54,971 nucleotides of DNA. Origin: an uncultured Lentisphaerales bacterium. Lineage in GTDB: Bacteria > Verrucomicrobiota > Kiritimatiellia > RFP12 > JAAYLN01. Shown here piece after piece: positions 46,467 to 54,971 of the stretch. The stretch is from the NCBI GenBank assembly GCA_964592855.1, contig CAZQKI010000003.1, forward strand, positions 1,273 to 56,243, written 5' to 3'. Position 1 is the stretch's first letter, and every line of letters starts with the position of its first letter. The notes beneath the pieces are model-generated. The model saw nothing but the letters and a program-made list of their open reading frames with translations. It did not search any database and was not told where the DNA came from. Position numbers and translations under genes: made by a program.

Positions 46467-47405
46467 TCACGACAACGCTTGTGCCGGGAGCAGCAGGCGG
46501 GCGTAGAGGTTGAAGAGCAACGGCCCCCAGAAAATCCAGATGACCGCGGCAGCGGCGATGAAGGGGCCGTAGGGGATGCGTCCCTGCAACTGGCGCTTGC
46601 CGGAGACGATCAGCGCGACGCCGACGATGGAGCCCAGGAAGGAACTGCAGATGATCGTGAAGAGGACGGCCTTCCATCCCAGGAAGGCGCCCACAGCCCC
46701 CATCAGCTTGACGTCGCCGAAGCCCATCGCCTCCTTGCGGAAGGCCAGCGAGCCCAGCGTGGCGATCAGCCAGAGCGAGCCGAATCCGACGCCGCAGCCG
46801 ATCCCCGAACGCATCAGGGCCGTCAGCGGATCCAGCGTGTTGTGCATGAGCGGAACGAGCGGGCTGAGCGCCAGTCCGAGGATCATGCCGCCGATGGTGA
46901 CGCGGTTGGGGAGAATGTAGTGCTCCAGGTCGACAAAGGTTCCCAGCAGCAGTCCGAAGAGGGCGAGCCAGTAGACGGGAACGAGCCAGTGGGTGCTGAG
47001 CGGCACGAGCTGGAGCAGGACGCCTCGCGTGGGGGCGGCCGCAAGCATGGCATCCGGCTTCCAGAGATTGGCCAGATCGGGCTGGAGCAGCGCCGAGGCG
47101 TATTGCATCCAGACGACGAGGAACAGCAGGGCGGTGAGCAGTTCGACCAGCAGGTAGCGGAAGGCGATGGGGGCCTGGCAATAGCGGCACTTGCCCCGCA
47201 GCAGGATCCAGCTGAGAACGGGCAGGTTCAGATACCAGGGGATGGGCCGCTCGCAGGAGCAGCAGCGGGAGCGTGGATGGATGACCGAAAGGCCCAGCGG
47301 GATCCGGTAGATGCAGACATTGAGAAAGCTCCCCATGCAGGCACCGAAAAAGGCGACAAAGGGCGTGCAGATCAGGACGAGCGCGGCGAGATCGGTGTTA
47401 GACAT
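46467..47405 (-). CDS. pilD: Type IV prepilin peptidase (A24A)
   Basis: GSFLNVCIYRIP, SRCCSC...RGKCRYC zinc site, FVDLEH and GFGDVKL catalytic Asp motifs, IPYGPFI. Confidence 0.93.
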   Translation of the reverse strand: MSNTDLAALVLICTPFVAFFGACMGSFLNVCIYRIPLGLSVIHPRSRCCSCERPIPWYLNLPVLSWILLRGKCRYCQAPIAFRYLLVELLTALLFLVVWMQYASALLQPDLANLWKPDAMLAAAPTRGVLLQLVPLSTHWLVPVYWLALFGLLLGTFVDLEHYILPNRVTIGGMILGLALSPLVPLMHNTLDPLTALMRSGIGCGVGFGSLWLIATLGSLAFRKEAMGFGDVKLMGAVGAFLGWKAVLFTIICSSFLGSIVGVALIVSGKRQLQGRIPYGPFIAAAAVIWIFWGPLLFNLYARLLLPAQALS

Positions 47406-47460
47406 GGTTCTGTCCGTTATAAACATGCTGTTTCCCACTCCCGCTCACTCGCCGGATGTG

Positions 47461-47484
47461 GGTTGCGGGCTCCGCCCGCACTAG
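47461..47484. repeat. REP-like palindrome GGTTGCGGG-N5-CCCGCA
   Basis: Third copy of the family also at 20952-20973 and 31886-31908; abuts the stop codon of the DUF2723 gene. Confidence 0.65.
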
Positions 47485-50400
47485 TAGCGCAAGCCGAGTC
47501 CGGTACCCGGACTGACGTTCGGGATCAACCCCTGCTGCAGCATCGGAATGGCCAGCTGACGCAACTGCGGATTGCCTTCGATGATCTGCAGGGCCTTCTC
47601 CTTGCCGAGCTCGATGGACTTGCGCAGCGCGGTCTGCGCGCGCGGGGTGTCGCCTTCGATGAGATAGAGCGTGGCCAGGTCGGTCCACGCCTGCCAGTCG
47701 CCGGGACGCTGCGCGAGGTAGCGTGAAAGCGGCGCAATCATCTTCTTGGATTCCTGTGCATTGGCATAGATGCGCGCGATGTTCAGGAAGAGGTCGGCGG
47801 GCGCGTTTTCGGGGATGCTGGCCATCACGACATCGATCGCGCGGACGGCGCCGGCAGGAGACTTGAGGCTGTCGAGCATCATTCCGAGTTCGTAGGCTTC
47901 GCGGACGGTCAGCTTGGGATTGTCGAGGCACGGGAGCAGCAGGTGCGCGGCGGCATCGGCGTTACCCATGTCGCGGTACAGGCCGGCCAGTTCCGTGGCG
48001 ACGGCGAATTCGGGAATCTGGCCGGGCTTGATCTGGCCGATCAGTTCGGCGATGCGCTTCTGCTTGTCACGAATATCGGTCACGAAATTCCGGAAGCCGA
48101 GGCCGCGGTCGTTGTTCGGATCGGCCTGGATGAAGAGGTCGATGATGTCGATGGCCTCGTCGTAGCGCTGCTGGCGGAGCAGCACCTCCTGCACCAGGCG
48201 GAAGTTGGCCTCGGGGCTGACGAAGTAAAGCAGGCGCGCTTCCTGGTAGGCGAGTTCGGCCTCGCGCAGGAGGCCGCGGGCGCCGTAAAGCCCGGCGATG
48301 GCGCTGCGCAGTTTGGAGAAGGATTTGAGCGCGACGACGTCGCGGCGGTAGCGGTCGTTGCGCGTGAGGCGGCGGACATACCAGTCCCAGAAGTCGAGGT
48401 CGTCACGAACGATGTTCGGCGTCAACGGGGCGGGGTCGTTGTTGATCTTCATGATCAGGCCGTGCGGGCTGAGATAGGGGTACATCCAGGGAATCACGTA
48501 GCTCTCCTCGATGTAGAAGGGGTGGCGGGCCTTGTTGTACCGGAAGATCATTTCGCAGAGGATGCCGTTGATCTCCATGACCCCAAGGGCGCCGCTGACC
48601 TGGACGCGGCCGTTTTCGATGACGAGGTCGGCGTTTTTGGGGCGATTGCCGCTCTGGACCTCCTCGACGTAGATCTGGAAGGCGGAGGCGCTTTCGTCGG
48701 GGGTGGGGATCCAGATTCGGTCGCCGTAGAGGTCGCGCATGACGCTCATGTAGGTGTTGTCGGCGAGCGCGTTCTGGGTGATGAGGAAGACATCCTCGCG
48801 GACATGCGCGGAGTAAATCATGTAGGTGGGGACGAAGCGCCCGGGGTCGGTGCCGCCGAAGAAGACGGCGTTCGGTCCCATGGCCGGGGGATAGCCGGGG
48901 TTGGGCAGGGGCTCTTCGTCGGCATCCAGCTCTTCGGTGATGGCGTCGGCGCCGCGGAGCTGGAAGTTGCCGAACTGCCAGCCGTAGTCGTGTCCGTTCT
49001 GCTCGGCGCCGCCGAACTCGAAGATCATCCGCTCGTTGGTGTAGTTCTGGTGAATCGGGATGAGCGGCAGCGCGAGCGTGAGCACGATGGCGATTCCCAT
49101 GGCGATGGCGGTGAATTGACGGCCGTGGCGGTCGGGTGCGCCAGCGTTCGAGTCCGGCGCGAAACGACGGGCCAGATTGGCGAGAAGCATGTCCAGTGTC
49201 GCCAGGGCGAAAACGAGGCCGTAGCCGATCCAGATGGCATAGAGTCCGTGTGACGAGATGAATTTGACCTTCTGGATGAAGGTGTCCTGGAGATCGCCCT
49301 TGGGGTTGGCCAGGACGATCAGGAGCACGCTCATCACCAGAAAGGCCGCCACGGTGGCGATGAGCCACTGTTGCGAGACATGATCGAGCGAGAAGTCGAT
49401 GATCTCGCGCTTTCGCAGATGATAGTGGAACAGGATGATCGTGGCGGCGAGGATCAGCGTCAGCACGACGGCGAAGAACGAGAGGCCGGCGGTTGCGCTT
49501 GTGGATATCCGGCCCCACTGTTCGATGACCTGCATGCCCGTCAGGCCACCGCTCCGGGCCTGCTGGTAGAGGAGCACGGCCTGAATGACTTTGAAGAGGA
49601 AGGCGAGCACGAAGCCCAGCACGCCGATCAGCGTCAGGCCGACGGTCAGCCATTCCGACCGGTTGTCCGACTGAAGGGTGCGGCGGATGACGCTGTCGCA
49701 TTGTCCCAGCAGGAGCAGGAGCCCCCCCACGCCGCCGATGAGGAGAATGCCTGCGATGAGGAGCTTGTCGATGCGCGAGGCGTCAAAAATGTGTTCGATG
49801 CTCCCCAGATGGCCGAGGAGCACGAATCCGATGGAGACTATCAAAAGGGCCAGCGACGCGTGCAGCGGACGGACGTTGGCCGACAGCGTCAAGATGCCAC
49901 CCGCCAGAAGGAGGAGCAGGGCCAGCCCCTTGAGCAGGCCGGCCAGCTGGTCGGAGACGGCGGCGGCGGCAACCCAGTGGTCGACGCTCCAAAGCAGGCA
50001 GGCCACCCCGAGCGTGACGATCCCGGCGAGCAGACGCGTTGTATTGAGCGAAGTCCGGTCCCCTCTTGAGCGCACTTGCCAGGCGGCAAAGGGGAGAAAG
50101 CCGAGCGGGGCCATCAGCAGGGTGAATTGCACGCGCAAGTCGGTGAAGTAGCCGCCCAGCTGCTGGAGAAAACGGGGGGCGAAGAGGTTGGTCGGGGCGA
50201 TCTTCTCGTACTGGCCGCGGGTGAGCGCGTGCTTGAAGCCCTCCCACGTCCGCGGATAGCCCCAGTTCATCGGGGGATTGCGGAGGTCCGAGACGATCGG
50301 CATGTAGATGTAGAAGGAAACGCCGAGTTCCGCCCCGACGACCGTCATGGCGACATTGCGTCCGTTCGGGAGCGTCAGCCAGGCCATGGCCAGGAAGACG

Positions 50401-51854
50401 AAGTTCAGCGCAGCGGGGACCCAGAACCACCAGGTGGAGGGATGCGTCAGCCCCAGCAGCGCACCCTGGCGGAGCAGTCCGTAGAGGGCCGCTTCGACGG
50501 CCACGGTGGCCGCCGCGAAGTAGATCCCCTTGGGCGTCGTCAGGCTCAGGGCGACGAGAAGGGCCAAGGCGAGCCCCACCAGCCCCAGATAGGGCGTCCA
50601 GACGAAGAGTTTCTGTCCCTCCTGGAGCATCGGTGCCGACGCGATGCCGATGTTTCCGGCGACGCCCAGCACGATCACGACGATGGCGCCGACGGCGGCC
50701 AGCGGGCCCCACTTGAAGGGGTCGTCCCAGCGCTCGCTGCCGAAAACGGCGCCCAGGCAGGAGATGCCGATGGCCGCCAGCACCAGTGCGGCGAGGGTGA
50801 TGTAGATTGAAGGGGCGACGAGCGGTGCCGAAAGCGTGCTCGAAACGGCGCCATTGGCGCTGAGCAGGTTGGCGAAGACGAGCAGGAGGCAACTGAGGGC
50901 GAAGCCGCCGCCCAGGATGCTCACGCCTGCTTGCCGGTGGTGCTGCGCCGACGCGAAGCGCTTCCGGAGACCCGGCCAGCAGCAGGCGAGGATCAAGACG
51001 ACGCCGAAGAGCGCCGCCGAGGCCAAGCAGAGCGCCGTGTTGGGCAGCTTCATTTCGCCGAGGAGCGGCGGGTGTTTGCCAAAGCCGGGCACGGGGTTCA
51101 TGGCGCCTAGCTTGAGCACGAGCGCCGTCAGCAGGAAGGGGATGCCGACGAGCAGGAAGTCGCGGAACAGGGCGATGTTGCGGAGGAAAATCACGACGAC
51201 GAGCGGCAGCGCGGCCAGCAGCAGCACCTGATAGTTGGTCAGGCCGAGGCCGAAGACAAAGGCCGTGATCCAGAGAAGCTTGTCGGATGGCTGGCGCATC
51301 CAGCGGTAGGTGAGCAGCATGACCAGCATCAGGAAGAAGGCACCGAGCGCGTAGACCTCGACGATCGTCGACTGCGACCACATGACCGGGCTGAATGCGA
51401 AGGCCAGGCTCCCTGCCACGCCCCCCGCCCAGCAGAGGATGTCTTCGCGGGAGCCATGGATGTTGTGCAGCGTCGTGCGGGTGTCGCGGAGCATGTCCGA
51501 TGCGGAACGCGTGATCAGCAACGCGGTGCAGCCTGCCGCCAGCGCGCCGAAAAAGGCGGAGGCGAGGGCGATGCTCCAGGCCGGAGTGGGCTGGCCGCGG
51601 AAGGTGACAAAGCTGAAGATTCGGGCGAAAAGCCAGGAGCACATCGTCCAGATGGGATATCCGGGGGGATGCGGCACCCCGAGATAATCGCCCGCCACCG
51701 CCAATTCGCCGGAATCTTCGAGCGTGACCGAAGGCCCAAGCGTGAAGAAATAGACGGCGAAGGAGATCAGCGTCGCGGTCCAGAAGGCCGACCAGTCGAT
51801 TCTACGGAAAAAGCTCCCGGAATGGGTCTTCTTGGTGAGGTCTATCGCATCCAT
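47481..51854 (-). CDS. DUF2723/TMEM260-like GT-C glycosyltransferase with C-terminal TPRs
   Basis: PSVTLEDSGEL...LGVPHPPGYP, WSQSTIVEVYAL, NPPMNWG, REDV, many transmembrane segments, TPR-like C-terminus. Start 51854 (SD GAGGA) or 51878. Confidence 0.88.
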   Translation of the reverse strand: MDAIDLTKKTHSGSFFRRIDWSAFWTATLISFAVYFFTLGPSVTLEDSGELAVAGDYLGVPHPPGYPIWTMCSWLFARIFSFVTFRGQPTPAWSIALASAFFGALAAGCTALLITRSASDMLRDTRTTLHNIHGSREDILCWAGGVAGSLAFAFSPVMWSQSTIVEVYALGAFFLMLVMLLTYRWMRQPSDKLLWITAFVFGLGLTNYQVLLLAALPLVVVIFLRNIALFRDFLLVGIPFLLTALVLKLGAMNPVPGFGKHPPLLGEMKLPNTALCLASAALFGVVLILACCWPGLRKRFASAQHHRQAGVSILGGGFALSCLLLVFANLLSANGAVSSTLSAPLVAPSIYITLAALVLAAIGISCLGAVFGSERWDDPFKWGPLAAVGAIVVIVLGVAGNIGIASAPMLQEGQKLFVWTPYLGLVGLALALLVALSLTTPKGIYFAAATVAVEAALYGLLRQGALLGLTHPSTWWFWVPAALNFVFLAMAWLTLPNGRNVAMTVVGAELGVSFYIYMPIVSDLRNPPMNWGYPRTWEGFKHALTRGQYEKIAPTNLFAPRFLQQLGGYFTDLRVQFTLLMAPLGFLPFAAWQVRSRGDRTSLNTTRLLAGIVTLGVACLLWSVDHWVAAAAVSDQLAGLLKGLALLLLLAGGILTLSANVRPLHASLALLIVSIGFVLLGHLGSIEHIFDASRIDKLLIAGILLIGGVGGLLLLLGQCDSVIRRTLQSDNRSEWLTVGLTLIGVLGFVLAFLFKVIQAVLLYQQARSGGLTGMQVIEQWGRISTSATAGLSFFAVVLTLILAATIILFHYHLRKREIIDFSLDHVSQQWLIATVAAFLVMSVLLIVLANPKGDLQDTFIQKVKFISSHGLYAIWIGYGLVFALATLDMLLANLARRFAPDSNAGAPDRHGRQFTAIAMGIAIVLTLALPLIPIHQNYTNERMIFEFGGAEQNGHDYGWQFGNFQLRGADAITEELDADEEPLPNPGYPPAMGPNAVFFGGTDPGRFVPTYMIYSAHVREDVFLITQNALADNTYMSVMRDLYGDRIWIPTPDESASAFQIYVEEVQSGNRPKNADLVIENGRVQVSGALGVMEINGILCEMIFRYNKARHPFYIEESYVIPWMYPYLSPHGLIMKINNDPAPLTPNIVRDDLDFWDWYVRRLTRNDRYRRDVVALKSFSKLRSAIAGLYGARGLLREAELAYQEARLLYFVSPEANFRLVQEVLLRQQRYDEAIDIIDLFIQADPNNDRGLGFRNFVTDIRDKQKRIAELIGQIKPGQIPEFAVATELAGLYRDMGNADAAAHLLLPCLDNPKLTVREAYELGMMLDSLKSPAGAVRAIDVVMASIPENAPADLFLNIARIYANAQESKKMIAPLSRYLAQRPGDWQAWTDLATLYLIEGDTPRAQTALRKSIELGKEKALQIIEGNPQLRQLAIPMLQQGLIPNVSPGTGLGLRY

Positions 51855-51896
51855 GTATTCGGAATCCTCAGCGGTCATAAAACATTAGAAACCAAA

Positions 51897-51925
51897 AGTA
51901 TACAAGGCGCTTTGCCGCGCGGCAA
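51897..51925 (-). promoter_or_regulatory. Sigma70 promoter of the DUF2723 gene
   Basis: Minus strand TTGCCG-17 bp-TATACT; the -35 lies in the palindrome TTGCCGCGCGGCAA. Confidence 0.6.
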
Positions 51926-51940
51926 GCACGGATGCCGCTG

Positions 51941-52003
51941 CGTGAAACGTGAGGCTTGAAACGTGAGGCGTGAAACGTGAAACGTGAATCGTGGGGCGTG
52001 AAA
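51941..52003. repeat. Nine tandem heptamers CGTGA(AA/GG)
   Basis: CGTGAAA CGTGAGG CTTGAAA CGTGAGG CGTGAAA CGTGAAA CGTGAAT CGTGGGG CGTGAAA. Confidence 0.9.
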
Positions 52004-52005
52004 CG

Positions 52006-52305
52006 TCATGCCGGGCGCAGCTTGCGGACCGCCACGGAGACGCGAAGCGACGTGGCGATCGGAAAAAAGGCCTTCATGTGCGGGGCCTCCATATGGGCCC
52101 TGAGATGGGCGTCGCTTTCCCACTGCTCGATCAGCGTGAAGCAATCGGGGTCGGGTGGCAGCGTGCCCCCTTCGATGTCCGCGCAGAGCTGGTACTGGAT
52201 GCACCCGGCCTCGGCAAGGACGGAGGGACGCGTTTTGTTGAACAGTTCCAGAAAGGCCTGACGGCATCCGGGCTTGATCTGCATGGTGACGACGAGATGA
52301 ATCAT
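52006..52305 (-). CDS. Antibiotic biosynthesis monooxygenase family (putative quinol monooxygenase)
   Basis: 99 aa; IKPG...VLAEAGCIQY...LIEQWES.AHL.AH..APHM. SD AGGAG. Confidence 0.88.
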   Translation of the reverse strand: MIHLVVTMQIKPGCRQAFLELFNKTRPSVLAEAGCIQYQLCADIEGGTLPPDPDCFTLIEQWESDAHLRAHMEAPHMKAFFPIATSLRVSVAVRKLRPA

Positions 52306-52371
52306 GGTTTTCTCCTGATGAGGCTCAAGCTTACACAATCGGACGGGACGGGGCAATAGTGCTGTGCGTCC

Positions 52372-53550
52372 CTAAAGCCCGCATTTAACGGGCGCCTCGC
52401 GATAGAATCGGAACCCTTCGATCAGGGTCTTCATGTTGTCCAGCGGCACACCGGGTGCGATGGAACTGGAGCAGCCGAGCATCAGTCCGACCTTGGGACC
52501 CTTCGCCACCAGCCAGTCCATCTCGCGGCGGACATCGGCGGGCGTTCCGTGCGGCAGGGTGGTGGTGACCGAGACGCCGGCGATGATGAACAGACCGTCG
52601 CCGTCACGGGTCTTCATTCTGCAGATCTTCTCGTAGTCCATGCCGTCCTCGTACTGAAAGCCCTGGAATCCGCCCAGGCCGCATTCGAGCAGGCGCGGCA
52701 CCATCGCCATCAGGTTGCCGTCGCAATGCCAGATCAGCCGGATGCCGGCATCGAGCAGCGGCTGGATCGAGCGGGCGAAATGGGGAAACCAGAGCCGGTC
52801 CAGCGTCTTCACATCGACCAGCGTGCCGCGCGAGTCGGCCATGTCGTGGTCCAGCCGCAGCAGCCTGGGCAGTCCCCCTTCAATGATCGCCCGCGCGGCG
52901 ATGCGGTTCAAAACCACGGCCAGGTCGGCGTTGAGCCGGAAACCGCGCTCGATGACCTCGGGGTAGAGCGCATAGGCCATGAAGTAGTTGGCGTAGCCGT
53001 AAAGGCCATACATGAACCCCGGAAAATTAAAAAATCCGCCATAGGGCCCTTTGAGCATGTTCATCCCGAAGAGTTCCTGCACCTTGACTTCGCCGCTGAT
53101 GCGCTGCCGCACCTCCGCGTCGGCGTTGGCCTCGCACTCGCGCTTCCGCCGCTCCCATGCCGGAAAGACGAACTGCTCCATGTGCGACACCGCCGCCTCG
53201 GGCGAGTCGATCACCAGCCCGTCGCGCACGAGTGCTTCGGCCCCGGTTGTGGCGCCGCGAACGGTATCCGACCCGAAGCCCTGGTCCCGCATGCTCAGCG
53301 GATTCTCGGGGATCCACTGGTCGATGAAGCAGACGCCGGACGCGAGCGAGAATTCGCGGTAGACGCGAACCGGCTCCTTTTCATAGCTGCCCGGCGGGTT
53401 GCCGGAGAGCGCTTCCAGATGCGACCACTGCATGTCGTTCAGGATCCAAGAGGGAATTCCCCGGGTCGGACGGAGGGCGATGGTGTCCAGCGCCAGTTGC
53501 GCGTTGCCGTGCCATTGGTTGGCGAAGGCGCGGAAATCGGTGGGCTCCAT
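52372..53550 (-). CDS. Uroporphyrinogen decarboxylase/MtaA-family protein
   Basis: GYANYF, HDMA..RGTL, WHCDGN, LPHGTPADVRRE, VPLDNM. SD GAGGT before ATG 53550. Confidence 0.82.
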   Translation of the reverse strand: MEPTDFRAFANQWHGNAQLALDTIALRPTRGIPSWILNDMQWSHLEALSGNPPGSYEKEPVRVYREFSLASGVCFIDQWIPENPLSMRDQGFGSDTVRGATTGAEALVRDGLVIDSPEAAVSHMEQFVFPAWERRKRECEANADAEVRQRISGEVKVQELFGMNMLKGPYGGFFNFPGFMYGLYGYANYFMAYALYPEVIERGFRLNADLAVVLNRIAARAIIEGGLPRLLRLDHDMADSRGTLVDVKTLDRLWFPHFARSIQPLLDAGIRLIWHCDGNLMAMVPRLLECGLGGFQGFQYEDGMDYEKICRMKTRDGDGLFIIAGVSVTTTLPHGTPADVRREMDWLVAKGPKVGLMLGCSSSIAPGVPLDNMKTLIEGFRFYREAPVKCGL

Positions 53551-53574
53551 GGGGTGCGTTACCTCTTTCGAATG

Positions 53575-53614
53575 GGTCGGATCGGTCGGATCGGTCGGAT
53601 CCGCCTGATCCGCC
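53575..53614. repeat. Three tandem 9-mers GGTCGGATC plus partial inverted units
   Basis: GGTCGGATC x3 then GATCCGCC x2, directly after a stop codon. Confidence 0.75.
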
Positions 53615-53617
53615 AAG

Positions 53618-54895
53618 TCACTTTCCGGTGTAGCCCTGCTTCTTCCACTGCTTCCGGGCGTTCGCGAGCGCCTGGGCCGGAGGCTTGACCTCGCCCAAAA
53701 TGCTGGGCGGGGGCTGGTCGGGCGCCAGCGCGGCCTGCGCCGGGAAGGGCGACCAGTGATCATCCTGATATTCGCGCCGGATGACCTCGGAGCTGAAGTC
53801 GGGCACGTCAAATGGCGCGCCGTCCACCAGCGCGCTCTTCCAGGCCAGGATGCCGACGCTGCTCATCGCCACGCCGCGGTAGACGTCGAGATAGGGCGGC
53901 GTGCCGGAGCGGATCGCATTGGCGAACGCGAAGTTCGTCCAGAAATCGCCGCCGCCGTGCCCGGCCCGGGAGGCGAGATCGCCATGCTCGGGCCAGTCGG
54001 GCGCATAGGTGCGCTCGACGGGCTGGCCCGGCGCGCGCTGCCAGTGGTCGTGCCAGACACGCACCTGGCCGGGGCCGAAGTAGCCCGGCCCGCGGGTGGT
54101 CTCCATGGCCCCCTTGTCCCCCTGCACCCGCGTCCAGTTGCTGTGCCCGGGCAACATCAGCCCGAAGATGCGGAAGACGGCGCCGTTGTCCATGCGGCAG
54201 AGGATCACGGAGCCGGGGTCGGCCACGCGCGCAGTCTCCGCGTCCACCTCGCGGCGGGCGATGGAAAGACCGTTCACCGTCACGGGCATGCGGTCGGTGA
54301 TCATCATCAGCGGCGCCAGGGCGTGGGTGCAATAGTAAGTCGACGGGAGCCAGTTGCGCCAGTGATTCACGCCCGGCGAGATTCGGAGCCGGTCGGTCGG
54401 GGCCATCGGGTGGTTGTATTCGCCCTCGGCGTAGGTGACCTCGCCGATTTCGCCCGTCTGGTAGAGTCGGCGCATCTCCAGATGGAACTGCGTGTAGGGG
54501 TAGTTCTCGGCCAGCATGTAGGTCTTGCCGCTCTTCTCGACGGCGCGGCAGAGAGCCACCCCCTCGGCGAGCGTTCCGTTGCACGAGGTTTCGCTCATCA
54601 CATGCTTGCCGGCCGCCAGGGCCTTGATGGCGAAAGGGGCGTGCTCGTTGAAGTAGTTGGCCAGAACCACGGCGTCCATGTCGTGCTCGAGAAACTTGTC
54701 GTAGTCGGTGTACGTGGCCACACCGAAGCGCTTGCCCGCTTCGACCAGCTTCTCCTCCCAGGTGTCGCACAGGGCCACCAGTTTCATCCCGACCAGGTCG
54801 GTCGCTCCCGAGGCAAAACTCTGGCCACGCCCCACGCCGATCACGCCCACGCGGATCGTCTTTTGACGCTTCGTTGTCTTCGTTGTCGTTGTCAT
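53618..54895 (-). CDS. Gfo/Idh/MocA-family oxidoreductase
   Basis: IRVGVIGVGRG Rossmann fold, ALCD, AGKHVMSE, YMLAENY, AEGEY, YCTH, GHGGGD. Confidence 0.92.
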   Translation of the reverse strand: MTTTTKTTKRQKTIRVGVIGVGRGQSFASGATDLVGMKLVALCDTWEEKLVEAGKRFGVATYTDYDKFLEHDMDAVVLANYFNEHAPFAIKALAAGKHVMSETSCNGTLAEGVALCRAVEKSGKTYMLAENYPYTQFHLEMRRLYQTGEIGEVTYAEGEYNHPMAPTDRLRISPGVNHWRNWLPSTYYCTHALAPLMMITDRMPVTVNGLSIARREVDAETARVADPGSVILCRMDNGAVFRIFGLMLPGHSNWTRVQGDKGAMETTRGPGYFGPGQVRVWHDHWQRAPGQPVERTYAPDWPEHGDLASRAGHGGGDFWTNFAFANAIRSGTPPYLDVYRGVAMSSVGILAWKSALVDGAPFDVPDFSSEVIRREYQDDHWSPFPAQAALAPDQPPPSILGEVKPPAQALANARKQWKKQGYTGK

Positions 54896-54971
54896 TGCGA
54901 TTCTCCCCAGCTCCCAAAACATGCAATTATCTTACTGGCGCGCGGCTTATGCAATGCAAATCGGTGTCCGG

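Noticed and set aside
46423-47190. 256-aa N-terminal extension of the 779-aa ORF
   Set aside because: Out-of-frame overlap with the prepilin peptidase; a good SD and signal peptide place the start at 46422.

Overview
High-GC bacterial chromosomal window. Its gene content (DUF4838 proteins, URO-D/MtaA-family and Gfo/Idh/MocA genes, PVC-style secreted proteins) suggests a Kiritimatiellota/Lentisphaerota-like organism; this is an inference. Housekeeping blocks are proS-HU-hisS, tRNA-His, fabH-fabF-fabZ, an ECF sigma cassette-ribF unit and a DEAD-box helicase. These are mixed with glycan-catabolic genes, an RND pump, a 2555-aa modular surface protein and a DUF2723 glycosyltransferase-prepilin peptidase-secreted protein unit. 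The most notable observations are: (1) an integrase-less integron cassette (two attC sites) carrying a BrnT/BrnA toxin-antitoxin pair inside a mosaic of short repeats; (2) a circularly permuted DUF2341-LamG module inserted into a DUF11 domain of the giant protein; (3) two unrelated secreted proteins sharing a short C-terminal P-x(1-3)-T-hydrophobic4-R motif that looks like an uncharacterised sorting signal; (4) a set of intergenic elements built from different 6-12 bp tandem units, often in inverted arrangement or inside MITE/REP-like ends; (5) poly-G tracts in the promoter spacer and RBS of the giant protein gene. All family assignments come from motif recognition by eye, not from database searches.
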